Assembly: GCF_036321535.1 (NCBI RefSeq)
Contig: NC_087436.1
Span: 3,286,001 to 3,350,000 of the forward strand
From: Camelus dromedarius
Taxonomy: Eukaryota
Direction: 5' to 3'
DNA: 64,000 nt
Shown: one piece after another, positions 1 through 14,900 of the stretch
How the letters are laid out: each line of letters starts with the position of its first letter
Position numbering within the stretch: the stretch's first letter is position 1
The notes under the pieces: generated by a model
Told to the model about the DNA's origin: nothing
What the model saw: the letters and a program-made list of their open reading frames with translations, nothing else
The model's database searches: none
Position numbers and translations under genes: made by a program

Positions 1-2499
1 CAGTTTTCACTGTAAAACCGAGCTGGAGCTAGAACTTCCCCATAAATATGTACGGAGTGGGGTTTGCAACTGAAAAGAAACTTTGTGTTCCCAACAAGCT
101 AGGTGAATGACGGCTTTCACACACAATTATCTCTCAGAACTGAGCATGTGGAGAGACTTTCGTTCATCTAGTCAAAATGAACGGGTTGCAGGAGAAACTT
201 TCACTCTGGTTTCTCAGTCTGTTTCCTAGTGCCGGTTTTAAGTTCCTGCAGTTTTCACTGAGAATCCGAGTTGGGGCCTGTACCTCCCCATATATATGTA
301 TGGAGTGGAGTTTGCAACTGAAAAGAACTTTGTGTTCCCAACAAGTTAGGTGAAGGGCGGCTTCCACACACACTTATCTCTCAGATCTGAGCATGTGGAG
401 AGACGTTCGTTCATCTAGCACAAAGGAAACGGTTTGCAGTAGAAAATATTACTCTGGTTTCTCAGTCTGTTTCCTAGTGCCGGTTTGATGTTCCTGCATT
501 TTTCACTGTAAAACCGAGTTGGAGCTTGTACCACCCCATATATATGTATGGATTGGAATTTGCAAGTGAAAAGAAACTTTGTGTTCCCAACAAGCTAGCT
601 GAACTATGGCTTTCACACGCACTTATCTCTCAGAACTGAGCATGTGGAGAGACGTTCGTTCATCTAGCACAAAGGGAACGGGATGCAGGAGAAAATTTAC
701 TGTGGTTTCTCAGTCTGTTTCGTAGTGCCGGTATGAAGTTCCTGCAGTTTTCACTGAAAAACCGAATTGGGGCTAGTACCTCCCCATTAATATGTATGGA
801 GTGGGATTTGCAACTGGAAAGAAACTTTCTGTTCCCAACAAGGTATGTGAAGGGAGGCTTTCACACAAAATTATCTCTCAGAACTGAGCATGTGGAGAGA
901 CGTTCGTTCATCCAGCACAAAGGGAACGGGTTGCAGGAGAAAATTTTAATCTGGTTTCTCAGTCTGTTTCCTAGTGCCGGTTTAAAGTTCCTGCAGTTTT
1001 CTCTGTAAACCAAGTTGGAACTACTACCTCCACATATATATGTATGGAGTGGAGGATGCAACTGAAAAGAAACTTTGTGTTCCCAACATGCTAGTTGAAG
1101 GACGGCTTTCACACACACTTATATCTCTGAACTGAGCATGTGGAGAGACGTTTGTTCATCTAGCACAAAGGAAACGGTTTGCAGTAGAAAATTTTACTCT
1201 GGATTCTCAGTCTGTTTCCTAGTGCCGGTTTGATGTTCCTGCATTTTTCACTGTAAAACCGAGTTGGAGCTAGTACCTCCCCATATATATGTATGGATTG
1301 GAGTTTGCAAGTGAAAAGACACTTTGTGTTCCCAACAAGCTATGTGAAGGACGACTTTCACACACACTTTTCTCTCAGAACTGAGCATGTGGAGAGACGT
1401 TCGTTCATCTAGCAAATAGGGAACGGGTTGCAGGAGAAACTTTTACTCTGGTTTCTCAGTCTGTTTCCTAATGCCGGTTTGAAGTTCCTGCAGGTTTCAC
1501 TGTAAAACTGAGTTGGAGCTAGTACCTCCCCATATGTATGTATGGATTGGAGTTTGCAACTGAAAAGAAACTTTGTGTTCCCAACAAGCTAGGTGAAGGA
1601 CGACTTTCACACACACTTATCTCTCAGAACTGAGCATGTGGAGAGACGTTCGTTCATCTAGCACAAAGGGAACGGGTTGCATGAGAAAATTTTACTCTGG
1701 TTTCTCAGTCTTTTTCCAAGAGCCGGTTTGAAGATCCTGCAGTTTTCACTGTAAAACCGACTTGGAGCTAGTACCTCCCCATATATATGTATGGATTGGG
1801 GTTTGCAAGTCAAAAGAAACTTTGTGTTCCCAACAAGCAAGGTGAAGGACGGCTTTCACACACACTTATCTCTCAGAACTGAGCTTGTGGATAGACGTTC
1901 GTTCATCTAGCAAAAAGGGAACGGGTTGCAGGAGAAACTTTTACTCTGGATTCTCAGTCTGTTTCCTAGTGCCGGTTTAAAGTTCCTGCAGTTTTCTCTG
2001 TAAACCAAGTTGGAGCTACTACCTCCACATATATATGTATGGAGTGGAGGATGCAACTGAAAAGAAACTTTGTGTTCCCAACATGCTAGGTGAAGGACGG
2101 CTTTCACACACACTTATCTCTCAGAAATGAGCATGAGGAGAGACTTTCGTTCATCTAGCCAAAATGAACGGGTTGCAAGAGAAACTTTCACTCTGGTTTC
2201 TCAGTCTGTTTCCTAGTGCCGGTTTCAAGTTCCTGCAGTTTTCACTGTAAAACCAGTTGGGTAATGTACCTCCCCGTATATATGTATGGAGTGGAGTTTG
2301 CAAGTGAAAAGACACTTTGTGTTCCCAACAAGCTAGTTGAAGAATGGCTTTCACACGCACTTTTCTCTCAGAACTGAGCATGTGGAGAGACGTTCGTTCA
2401 TCTAGCACAAAGAGAACGGGTTGCAGGAGAAACTTTTACTCTGGTTTCTCAGTCTGTTTCCTAATGCCGGTTTGAAGTTCCTGCAGGTTTCACTGTAAA

Positions 2500-5400
2500 A
2501 TCGAGTTGGAGCTAGAACCTCCCCATATATATGTATGGATTGGGGTTTGCAACTGAAACGAAACTTTGGTTTCCCAACAAGCTAGGTGAAGGACGGCTTT
2601 CACACACACTTATCTCTCTGAACTGAGCATGTTGAGAGACTTTCTTTCATCTAGGACAAAGGAACGGGTTGCAGTAGAAAATTTTACTCTGGTTTCTCTG
2701 TCTGTTTCTTAGGCCGGTTTGAAGTTCCTGCAGTTTTCACTGTAAAACCGAGTTGGAGCTAGTACCTACCCATATATATGTATGGAGTGGAGTTTGCAAC
2801 TGAAAAGAAACTTTGTGTTCCCAACAAGCTAGGTGAAGGACGGCTTTCACACACACTTATCTCTCAGGACTGAGCATGTGGAGAGACGTTCGTTCATCTA
2901 GCAAAAAGGGAACGGGTTGCAGGAGAAACTTTTACTCTGGTTTCTCTGGCTGTTTCCTAGTGCCGGATTGAAGTTCCTGCAGTTTTCACAGTAAAACCGA
3001 TTTGGAGTTAATAAATCCCCATATATATGTATGGAGTGGAGTTTGCAACTGAAAAGAAACTTTGTGTTCCCAACAAGTTACGTGAAGGACGGTTTTCACA
3101 CACACTTATCTCTAAGAACTGAGCATGTGGAGAGACGTTCGTTCATCTAGCAAAAAGTGAACGGGTTGCAGGGGTAACTTTTACTCTGGTTTCTCAGTCT
3201 GTTTCCTAGTGCCGTTTTGAAATTCCGGCAGTTTTCACTGTAAAATCGAGTTGGAGCTAGTACCTCCCCATAAATATTTATGGAGTGGAGTTTGCAACAG
3301 AAAAGAAACTTTGTGTTCCCAACAAGCTAGGTCAAGGGCGGCTTTCACACACAGTTATCTCTCAGAACTTAGCAAGTGGAGAGATGTTCGTTCATCTAGC
3401 ACAAAGGGAACGGGATGCAGGGGAAATTTTACTCTGGATTATCAGGCTGTTTCCTAGTGCCGGTTTGAATTTCCTGCAGTTTTCACTGTAAAACCGAGTT
3501 GGAGCTTGTACCTCCCAATATATATGTATGGATTGGAGTTTGCAACTGAAAAGAAACTTTGTGTTCCCAACAAGCTAGGTGAAGGACGGCTTTCACACAC
3601 ACTTATCTATCTGAACTGAGCATGTGGAGAGACGTTCGTTCATCTAGCACAAAGGGAACGGGTTGCAAGAGTAACTTTTACTCTGCTTTCTCACTTTGTT
3701 TCCTAGTGCCGGTTTGAAGTTCCTGCACTTTTCACTGTAAAACCGAGTTGGAGCTAGTACCTCCCCATATATATATATGGATTGCAGTTTGCAAGTGAAA
3801 AGAAAATTTGTGTTCCCAACAAGATAGGTGAAGCACTGCTTTCACACACACTTATATCTCAGAACTGAACATGTGGAGAGACGTTCGTTCATGTAGCTAA
3901 AATGGAACGGGTAGCAGGAGAAACATTTAATCTGGTTTCTCAGTCTGTTTCCTAGTGCCGGTTTGAAGTTCCTGCAGTTTTCACTGTAAAACCGAGTTGG
4001 TGCTAGTACCTCCCCATATATATGTATGGAGTGGAGTTTGCAAATGAAAAGAAACTATGTCTTCCCAACAAGCTAGGTGAAGGACGGCTTTCACACACAC
4101 TTATATCTCAGAACTGTGCATGTGGAGAGACGTTCGTTCATCTAGCACAAAGGGAAAGGGATGCAGTGGAAATTTTACTCTGGTTTCTCAGTCTGTTTCC
4201 TAGTGCCGGTTTGAAGTTCCTGCATTTTTCACGGTAAAACCGAGTTGGAGCTAGTACCTAACCATATATATGCATGGAGTGGATTTTGCAAGTGAAAAGA
4301 AACTTTGTGTTCCCAACAAGTTGTGTGAAGGACGGCTTTCACACGCACTTATCTCTCAGAACTGAGCATGTGGAGAGACGTCCGTTTATCTAGCACAAAG
4401 GGAACGGGTTACAGGAGTAACTTTTAATCTGTTATCTCAGTCTGTTTCCTAGTGCCGGTTTGAAGTTCCTGCAGTTTTCACTTTAAAACCGTGTTGGTGC
4501 TAGTACCTCCCCATATATATGTATGGATTGCAGTTTGCAACTGAAAAGAAACTTTGTGTTCCCAACAAGCTAGGTGAAGGACGGCATTCACACACACTAT
4601 CTCTCAGAACAGAGCATGTGAAGAGACGTTCGTTCATCTAGCACAAATGTGAACGGGTTGCAGGAGAAACTTTTACTCTGGTTTCTCAGTCTGTTTCCAA
4701 GTGCCGGTTTGAATTTCCTGCATTTTTCACGGTAAAACCGTGTTGGAGCTAGTACCTCCCCATATATATGTATGGAGTGGAGTTTGCAACTGAAAAGAAA
4801 CTTTGTGTTCCCAACAAGCTAGGTCCAGGACGGCTTTCACACACAATTATCTCTCAGAAATGAGCATGTGGAGAGACGTTCGTTCATCTAGCACAAAGGG
4901 AACGGTTTGCAGGAGAAACTTTTAATCTGGTATCTCAGTCTGTTTCCTAGTGCCGGTTTGAAGTTCCTGCAGTTTTCACTGTAAAATCGAGTTGGATCTA
5001 GTAAATCCCCATAAATATGTATGCAGTGGAGTTTGCAACTGAAAAGATACTTTGTGTTCCCAAAAAGCTAGGTGAAGGACGGCTTTCACACACACTTATT
5101 TCTCAGAACTGAGCATGTGGAGAGACGTTCGTTCATCTAGCACAAAGGGAAAGGGTTGCAGGAGAAACTTTTACTCTGGTTTCTCAGTCTGTTTCCTATT
5201 GCCCTTTTGAAGTTCCTGCAGTATTCACTGTAAATCAGAGTTGGAGCTAGTAACTCCCCATATAAATGTATGGAGTGAAGTTTGCAACTGAAAAGAAACT
5301 TTGTGTTCCCAACAACGTAGGTTAAAGACAGCTTTCACACACACTTATCTCTCAGAACTGAGCATGTGGAGAGACGTTCGTTCATCTAGCAAAAAGGGAA

Positions 5401-8400
5401 CGGGTTGCAGGAGAAACTTTCACTCTGGATTCTCAGTGTGTTTCCTAGTGCCGGTTTGAAGTTCCTGCAATTTTCACTGTAAAACAGAGTTGGAGCTAGT
5501 ACCTCCCCATATATATGTATGGAGTGGATTTAGCAACTGACAAGAAACTTTGTGTTCCCAACAAGCTAGGAGACGGACGGCTTTAACACACACTTATCGC
5601 TCAGAACTGAGCATGTGGAGAGACTTTCGTTCATCTAGCACAAAGGGAACGGGTTGCAGGAGAAACTTTTACTCTGGTTTCTCAGTCTGTTTCCTAGTGC
5701 CGGTTTGAAGTTCCTGCAGTTTTCACTGTAAAAGCGAGTTGGAGCTTGTACCTACCCATAAATATGTATGGAGTGGAGTTTGCAACTGAAAAGATACTTT
5801 GTGTTCCCAAAAAGTTAGGTGAAGGACGGCTTTCACACACACTTATTTCTCAGAACTGAGCATGTGGAGAGACGTTCGTTCATCTAGCACAAAGGGAACG
5901 GGTTGCAGGAGAAACTTTTACTCTGGTTTCTCAGTCTGTTTCCTAGTGCCGGATTGAATTTCCTGCAGTTTTCACTGTAAAACCGAGTTGGAGCTAGTAC
6001 CTCCCCATATATATGTATGGATTGGGGTTTGCAAGTGAAAAGAAACTTTGTGTTCCCAACAAGCTAGGTGAAGGACGTCTTTCACACACACTTATCTCTC
6101 AGAACTGAGCTTGTGGATAGACGTTCGTTCATCTAGCACAAAGGGAACGGGATGCAGGAGAAACTTTTACTCTGGATTCTCAGTCTGTTTTCTAGTTTCG
6201 GTTTTAAGTTCCTGCAGTTTTCAATGTAAAACCGTGTTGGAGCAGGTACCTTCAAATATATATGTATGGATAGCAGTTTGCAAGTTAAAAGAAACTTTGT
6301 GTTCCCAACATGCTAGGTGAAGAACGGCATTCACACACAATTATCTCTCAGAACTGAGCATGTGGAGAGACGTTCGTTCATCTAGCACAAAGTGAACTGG
6401 TTGCAGGAGAAAATTTACTCTGGTTTCTCAGTCTGTTTCCTAGTGCCGGTTTGAAGTTCCTGCAGTTTTCACTGTAAAACCGAGTTGGAGCTAGTACCTC
6501 CCCATATATATGTATGGATTGGAGTTTGCAAGTGAAAAGAACCTTTGTGTTCCCAACAAGCTAGGTGCAGGACGGCTTTCACACACACTTATCTCTCAGA
6601 AATGAGCATGTGGAGAGACGTTCGTTCATCTAGAAAAAAGGGAACGGGATGCAGGGGAAATTTTACTCTGGATTCTCAGTCTGTTTCCTAGTGCCGGTTT
6701 GAAGTTCCTGCAGTTTTCACTGTAAAACCGAGTTGGAGCTAGTACCTCCCCATATATATGTATGGAGTGTAGTTTGCAACTGAAAAGAAACTTTGTGTTC
6801 CCAACAAGCTAAGTCAAGGACGGTTTTCACACACACTTATCTCTCAGAACTGAGCATGTGGAGAGACGTTCGTTCATCTAGCAAAAAGTGAACGGGTTGC
6901 AGGAGTATCTTTTACTCTGGTTTCTCATTCTGTTTCCTTGTGCCGTTTTGAAGTTCCTGCAGTTTTCACTGTAAACCGAGTTGGAGCTAGTACCTCCCTA
7001 TATATATGTATGGATTGGAGGTTGCAACTGAAAAGAAACTTTGTCTTCCCAACAAGCAAGGTGAAGAACGGCTTTCACACACACTTATCTCTCAGAAATG
7101 AGCATGTGGAAAGACGTTCGTTCATCCAGAACAAAGGGAACGGGTTGCAGGAGAAACTATTACTCTGGTATCTCAGTGTGTTTCCTAGTGCCGGTATGAA
7201 TTTCCTGCTGTTTTCACTGTAAAATCGAGTTGGAGCTAGAACCTCCCCATATATATGTATGGATTGGGGTTTGCAACTGAAACGAAACTTTGGTTTCCCA
7301 ACAAGCTAGGTGAAGGACGGCTTTCACACACACTTATCTCTCTGAACTGAGCATGTTGAGAGACTTTCTTTCATCTAGGACAAAGGAACGGGTTGCAGTA
7401 GAAAATTTTACTCTGGTTTCTCTGTCTGTTTCTTAGGCCGGTTTGAAGTTCCTGCAGTTTTCACTGTAAAACCGAGTTGGAGCTAGTACCTACCCATATA
7501 TATGTATGGAGTGGAGTTTGCAACTGAAAAGAAACTTTGTGTTCCCAACAAGCTAGGTGAAGGACGGCTTTCACACACACTTATCTCTCAGGACTGAGCA
7601 TGTGGAGAGACGTTCGTTCATCTAGCAAAAAGTGAACGGGTTGCAGGAGAAACTTTTACTCTGGTTTCTCTGGCTGTTTCCTAGTGCCGGATTGAAGTTC
7701 CTGCAGTTTTCACAGTAAAACCGATTTGGAGTTAATAAATCCCCATATATATGTATGGAGTGGAGTTTGCAACTGAAAAGAAACTTTGTGTTCCCAACAA
7801 GCTACGTGAAGGACGGTTTTCACACACACTTATCTCTAAGAACTGAGCATGTGGAGAGACGTTCGTTCATCTAGCAAAAAGTGAACGGGTTGCAGGGGTA
7901 ACTTTTACTCTGGTTTCTCAGTCTGTTTCCTAGCGCCGTTTTGAAATTCCGGCAGTTTTCACTGTAAAACCGAGTTGGAGATAGTACCTCCCCATAAATA
8001 TTTATGGAGTGGAGTTTGCAACAGAAAAGAAACTTTGTGTTCCCAACAAGCTAGGTCAAGGGCGGCTTTCACACACAGTTATCTCTCAGAACTTAGCAAG
8101 TGGAGAGATGTTCGTTCATCTAGAACAAAGGGAAAGGGATGCAGGGGAATTTTTACTCTGGATTATCAGGCTGTTTCCTAGTGCCGGTTTGAATTTCCTG
8201 CAGTTTTCACTGTAAAACCGAGTTGGAGCTTGTACCTCCCAATATATATGTATGGATTGGAGTTTGCAACTGAATAGAAACTTTGTGTTCCCAACAAGCT
8301 AGGTGAAGGACGGCTTTCACACACACTTATCTATCTGAACTGAGCATGTGGAGAGACGTTCGTTCATCTAGCACAAAGGGAACGGGTTGCAGGAGTAACA

Positions 8401-11400
8401 TTTACTCTGCTTTCTCACTTTGTTTCCTAGTGCCGGTTTGAAGTTCCTGCACCTTTCACTGTAAAACCGAGTTGGAGCTAGTACCTCCCCATATATATAT
8501 ATGGATTGCAGTTTGCAAGTGAAAAGAAAATTTGTGTTCCCAACAAGATAGGTGAAGCACTGCTTTCACACACACTTATATCTCAGAACTGAACATGTGG
8601 AGAGACGTTCGTTCATGTAGCTAAAATGGAACGGGTAGCAGGAGAAACATTTAATCTGGTTTCTCAGTCTGTTTCCTAGTGCCGGTTTGAAGTTCCTGCA
8701 GTTTTCACTGTAAAACCGAGTTGGTGCTAGTACCTCCCCATATATATGTATGGAGTGGAGTTTGCAAATGAAAAGAAACTATGTCTTCCCAACAAGCTAG
8801 GTGAAGGACGGCTTTCACACACACTTATATCTCAGAACTGTGCATGTGGAGAGACGTTCGTTCATCTAGCACAAAGGGAAAGGGATGCAGTGGAAATTTT
8901 ACTCTGGTTTCTCAGTCTGTTTCCTAGTGCCGGTTTGAAGTTCCTGCATTTTTCACGGTAAAACCGAGTTGGAGCTAGTACCTAACCATATATATGCATG
9001 GAGTGGATATTGCAAGTGAAAAGAAACTTTGTGTTCCCAACAAGTTGTGTGAAGGACGGCTTTCACACGCACTTATCTCTCAGAACTGAGCATGTGGAGA
9101 GACGTCCGTTTATCTAGCAAAAAGGGAACGGGTTACAGGAGTAACTTTTAATCTGTTATCTCAGTCTGTTTCCTAGTGCCGGTTTGAAGTTCCTGCAGTT
9201 TTCACTTTAAAACCGTGTTGGAGCTAGTACCTCCCCATATATATGTATGGATTGCAGTTTGCAACTGAAAAGAAACTTTGTGTTCCCAACAAGCTAGGTG
9301 AAGGACGGCATTCACACACACTATCTCTCAGAACAGAGCATGTGGAGAGACGTTCGTTCATCTAGCACAAATGTGAACGGGTTGCAGGAGAAACTTTTAC
9401 TCTGGTTTCTCAGTCTGTTTCCAAGTGCCGGTTTGAAGTTCCTGCATTTTTCACTGTAAAACCGTGTTGGAGCTAGTACCTCCCCATATATATATATGGA
9501 GTGGTGTTTGCAACTTAAAAGAAAATTTGTGTTCCCAACAAGCTAGGTGAAGGACGGCTTTCACACACACTTATGTCTCAGAACTGAGCATGTGGAGAGA
9601 CGTTCGTTCATCTAGCACAAATGGAACGGTTTGCAAGAGAAACTTTTTCTCTGGTTTCTCAGTCTGTTTCCTAGTGCCGGTTTGAAGTTCCTGCATTTTT
9701 CACGGTAAAACCGTGTTGGAGCTAGTACCTCCCCATATATATGTATGGAGTGGAGTTTGCAACTGAAAAGAAACTTTGTGTTCCCAACAAGCTAGGTCCA
9801 GGACGGCTTTCACACACACTTATCTCTCAGAAATGAGCATGTGGAGAGACGTTCGTTCATCTAGCACAAAGGGAACGGTTTGCAGGAGAAACTTTTAATC
9901 TGGTATCTCAGTCTGTTTCCTAGTGCCGGTTTGAAGTTCCTGCAGTTTTCACTGTAAAATCGAGTTGGATCTAGTAAATCCCCATAAATATGTATGCAGT
10001 GGAGTTTGCAACTGAAAAGATACTTTGTGTTCCCAAAAAGCTAGGTGAAGGACGGCTTTCACACACACTTATTTCTCAGAACTGAGCATGTGGAGAGACG
10101 TTCGTTCATCTAGCACAAAGGGAAAGGGTTGCAGGAGAAACTTTTACTCTGGTTTCTCAGTCTGTTTCCTATTGCCCTTTTGAAGTTCCTGCAGTATTCA
10201 CTGTAAATCAGAGTTGGAGCTAGTAACTCCCCATATAAATGTATGGAGTGAAGTTTGCAACTGAAAAGAAACTTTGTGTTCCCAACAACGTAGGTTAAAG
10301 ACAGCTTTCACACACACTTATCTCTCAGAACTGAGCATGTGGAGAGACGTTCGTTCATCTAGCAAAAAGGGAACGGGTTGCAGGAGAAACTTTCACTCTG
10401 GATTCTCAGTCTGTTTCCTAGTGCCGGTTTGAAGTTCCTGCAATTTTCACTGTAAAACAGAGTTGGAGCTAGTACCTCCCCATATATATGTATGGAGTGG
10501 AGTTTGCACCTGAAAAGAAACTTTGTGTTCCCAACAAGCTAGGTGAAGGACGGCATTCACAGACACTTATCTCTCAGAACTGAGCATGTGGAGAGACGTT
10601 CGTTCATCTAGCACAAAGGGAATGGATTGCAGGATAAACTTTTACTCTGGTTTCTCAGTCTGTTTCCTAGTGCCGGTTTGAAGTTCCTGCAGTTTTCACT
10701 GTAAAACCGAGTTGGAGCTAGTACTTCCCCATATATATGTATGGAGTGGAGGTTGCAACTGAAAAGAAACTTTGTGTTCCCAACAAGCTATGTGAAGTAC
10801 GGCTTTCACACACACTTCTCTCTCAGAACTGATCATGTGGAGAGACGTTCGTTCATCTAGCACAAAAGGAACGGGTTGCAGGAGAAACTTTTACTCTGGT
10901 TTCTCAGTCTGTTTCCTAGTGCCGGTTTGAAGTTCCTGCAGTTTTCACTGTAAAACCGTTTTGGAGCTAATACCTCCCCATATATATATATGGAGTGGAG
11001 TTTGAAAGTGAAAAGAAACTTTGTGTTCTCAACAAGCTATTTGAAGGACGGCTTTCACACACACTTATCTCTCAGAACTGAGCATGTGGAGAGACGTTCG
11101 TTCATCTAGCACAAAGGGAACGGGTTGCAGGAGAAACTTTTACTCTGGTTTCTCAGTCTGTTTCCTACTGCTGGTTTGAAGTTCCTGCAGTTTTCACTGT
11201 AAAACAGAGTTGGAACTGGTACCTCCCCATATATATGTATGGAGTGTAGTTTGCAACTGGAAAGAAATTTGTGTTCCCAACAAGTTAGGTGAAGGACGGG
11301 TTTCATACTCACTTATCTCTAAGAACTGAGCATGTGTAGAGACGTTCGTTCATCTAGCACAAAGGGAACGGTTTGCAGGGAAAACCTTTTCTCTGGTTTC

Positions 11401-11930
11401 TTATTCTGTTTCCTACATCCGGTTTGAAATTCCTGCAGTTTTCACTATGAAACCGAGTTGGAAATAGTATCTCCCCATATATATGTATGGAGTGGATTTA
11501 GCAACTGACAAGAAACTTTGTGTTCCCAACAAGCTAGGAGACGGACGGCTTTAACACACACTTATCGCTCAGAACTGAGCATGTGGAGAGACTTTCGTTC
11601 ATCTAGCACAAAGGGAACGGGTTGCAGGAGAAACTTTTACTCTGGTTTCTCAGTCTGTTTCCTAGTGCCAGTTTGAAGTTCCTGCAGTTTTCACTGTAAA
11701 AGCGAGTTGGAGCTTGTACCTACCCATAAATATGTATGGAGTGGAGTTTGCAACTGAAAAGATACTTTGTGTTCCCAAAAAGTTAGGTGAAGGACGGCTT
11801 TCACACACACTTATTTCTCAGAACTGAGCATGTGGAGAGACGTTCGTTCATCTAGCACAAAGGGAACGGGTTGCAGGAGAAACTTTTACTCTGGTTTCTC
11901 AGTCTGTTTCCTAGTGCCGGATTGAATTTC
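2500..11930 (+). repeat. Duplicated multi-monomer block: ~2500-5960 vs ~7224-11930 (initial offset 4724 bp = 19 monomers)
   Basis: Shared private variants (AACTGAAACGAAACTTTGGTTTCCC, TTTCTTAGGCCGG, GGAGTTAATAAATCCCC, GATTATCAGGCTG, CCTAACCATATATATGCATGG). ORF pairs 3251/7975 and 4022/8746 both differ by 4724. The offset steps to 4973 and then 5968. Confidence 0.9.
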
Positions 11931-14900
11931 CTGCAGTTTTCACTGTAAAACCGATTTGGAGATAGTACCTCCCCATATATATATATATGGAGTAGAGTTT
12001 GCAACTGAAAAGAATCTTTGTGTTCCCAACAATCTAGGTGAAGGACGGCATTCACACACACTTATCTCTCAGAATTGAGCAAGTGGATAGACGTTCGTTC
12101 ATCTAGCACAAATGGAACGGGTTGCAGGAGAAACATTTTCTCTGGTTTCTCAGTCTGTTTCCTAGTGCCGGTTTGAAGTTCCTGCAGTTTTCACTGTAAA
12201 ATCGAGTTTGAGCTAGTACCTCCCCATATATATGTATGGATTGGAGTTTGCAACAGAAAAGAAACGTTGTGTTCCCAAGAAGCTAGGTGAAGGACGGCTT
12301 TCACACACACTTATCTCTCAGAACTGAGCATGTGGAGAGACGTTCGTTCATCTAGCACAAAGGGAACGGGTTGCAGGAGAAACTTTTACTCTGGTTTCTC
12401 AGTCTGTTTCCTAGTGCCGGTTTGAAGTTCCTGCAGTTTTCACTGTAAAACCGAGTTGGAGCTAGTACCTCCCCATATATATGTATGGAGTGGAGTTTGC
12501 AAGTGAAAAGAAACTTTGTGTTCCCAACAAGCTATGTGAAGGACGGCTTTCACACACATTTAACTTTCAGAACTGAGCATGTGGAGAGACGTTCGTTTCT
12601 AGCACAAAGGGAACGGGTTGCAGGAGAAAATTTTTCTCTGGCTTCTCAGTCTGTTTCCTAGTGCCGGTTTGAAGTTCCTGCAGTTTTCACTGTAAAACCG
12701 AGTTGGAGCTAGTACCTCCCCATATATATGTATGGATTGGAGTTTCCAACTGAAAAGAAACTTTGTGTTCCCAACAAGCTAGGTGAAGGACGGCTTTCAC
12801 ACACACTTATCTCTCAGAACTGATCATGTGGAGAGACGTTCGTTCATCTAGCACAAAGGGAACGTTTTGCAGGAGAAACTTTTACTCTGGTATCTCAGTC
12901 TGTTTCCTAGTGCCAGTTTGAAGTTCGTGCAGTTTTCACTTTAAAACCGAGTTGGAGCTTGTACCTCCCCATATATATGTATGGATTGCAGTTTGCAACT
13001 GAAAAGAAACTTTGTGTTCCCAACAAGCTAGGTGAAGGACGGCATTCACACACACAAACTCTCAGAACAGAGCATGTGGAGAGACGTTCGTTCATGTAGC
13101 ACAAAGGGAACGGTTTGCAGGAGAAACTTTTACTCTGGTTTCTCAGTCTGTTTCCAAGTGCCGGTTTGAAGTTCCTGCATTTTTCACTGTAAAACCGTGT
13201 TGGAACTAGTACCTCCCCATATATATGTATGGAGTGGTGTTTGCAACTTAAAAGAAACTTTGTGTTCCCAACAAGCTAGGTGAAGGACGGCTTTCACACA
13301 CACTTATGTCTCAGAACTGAGCATGTGGAGAGACGTTCGTTCATCTAGCACAAATGGAACGGTTTGCAAGAGAAACTTTTACTCTGGTTTCTCAGTCTGT
13401 TTCCTAGTGCCGGTTTGAAGTTCCTGCATTTTTCACGGTAAAACCTTGTTGGAGCTAGTACCACCCCATGTATATGTATGGAGTGGAGTTTGCAACTGAA
13501 AAAAAACTTTGTGTTCCCAACAAGCTAGGTGTAGGACGGTTTTCACACACACGTATCTCTCAGAACTGAGCATGTGGAGAGACGTTCGTTCATCTAGCAC
13601 AAAGGGAACGGTTTGCAGGAGAAACTTTTAATCTGGTATCTCAGTCTGTTTCCTAGTACCGGTTTGAAGTTCCTGCAGTTTTCACTGTAAAATCGAGTTG
13701 GATCTAGTAAATCCCCATAAATATGTATGGAGTGGAGTTTGCAACTGAAAAGATACTTTGTGTTCCCAAAAAGCTAGGTGAAGGACGGCTTTCACACACA
13801 CTTATTTCTCAGAACTGAGCATGTGGAGAGACTTTCGTTCATCTAGCACAAAGGGAAAGGGTTGCAGGAGAAACTTTTACTCTGGTTTCTCAGTCTGTTT
13901 CCTATTGCCCTTTTGAAGTTCCTGCAGTATTCACTGTAAAACAGAGTTGGAGCTAGTACCTCCCCATATAAATGTATGGAGTGGAGTTTGCAACTGAAAA
14001 GAAATTTGTGTTCCCAACAACGTAGGTAAAAGACAGCTTTCACACACACTTATCTCTCAGAACTGAGCATGTGGAGAGACGTTCGTTCATCTAGCAAAAA
14101 GGGAACGGGTAACAGGAGAAACTTTCACTCTGGATTCTCAGTCTGTTTCCTAGTGCCGGTTTGAAGTTCCTGCAGTTTTCACTGTAAAACAGAGTTGGAG
14201 CTAGTACCTCCCCATATATATGTATGGATTGGAGTTTGCAAGTGAAAAGAAACTTTGTGTTCCCAACAAGCTAGGTGAAGGACGGCTTTCACAGACACTT
14301 ATCTCTCAGAACTGAGCATGTGGAGAGACGTTCGTTCATCTAGCACAAAGGGAATGGATTGCAGGAGAAACTAATGCTCTGGTTTCTCAGTCTGTTTCCT
14401 AGTGCCGGTTTGAAGTTCCTGCAGTTTTCACTGTAAATCCGAGTTGGATCTAGTACCTCCCCATATATATGTATGGAGTGGAGGTTGCAACTGAAAGAAA
14501 CTTTGTGTTCCCAACAAGCTAGGTGAAGTACGGCTTTCACACACACTTCTCTCTCAGAACTGATCATGTGGAGAGACGTTCGTTCATCTAGCACAAAAGG
14601 AACGGGTTGCAGGAGAAACTTTTACTCTGGTTTCTCAGTCTGTTTCCTAGTGCCGGTTTGAAGTTCCTGCAGTTTTCACTGTAAAACCAAGTTGGTGCTA
14701 GTACCTCCCCATATATATGTATGGAGTGGAGTTTGCAACTGAAAAGAAACTTTTTGTTCCTAACAAGCTAGGTGAAGGACGGCTTTCACACACACTTATC
14801 TCTCAGAACTGAGCATGTGGAGAGACGTTCGTTCATCTAGCACAAAGGAACGGGTTGCAAGAGAAACTTTTACTCTGGTTTCTCAGTCTGTTTCCTAGTG

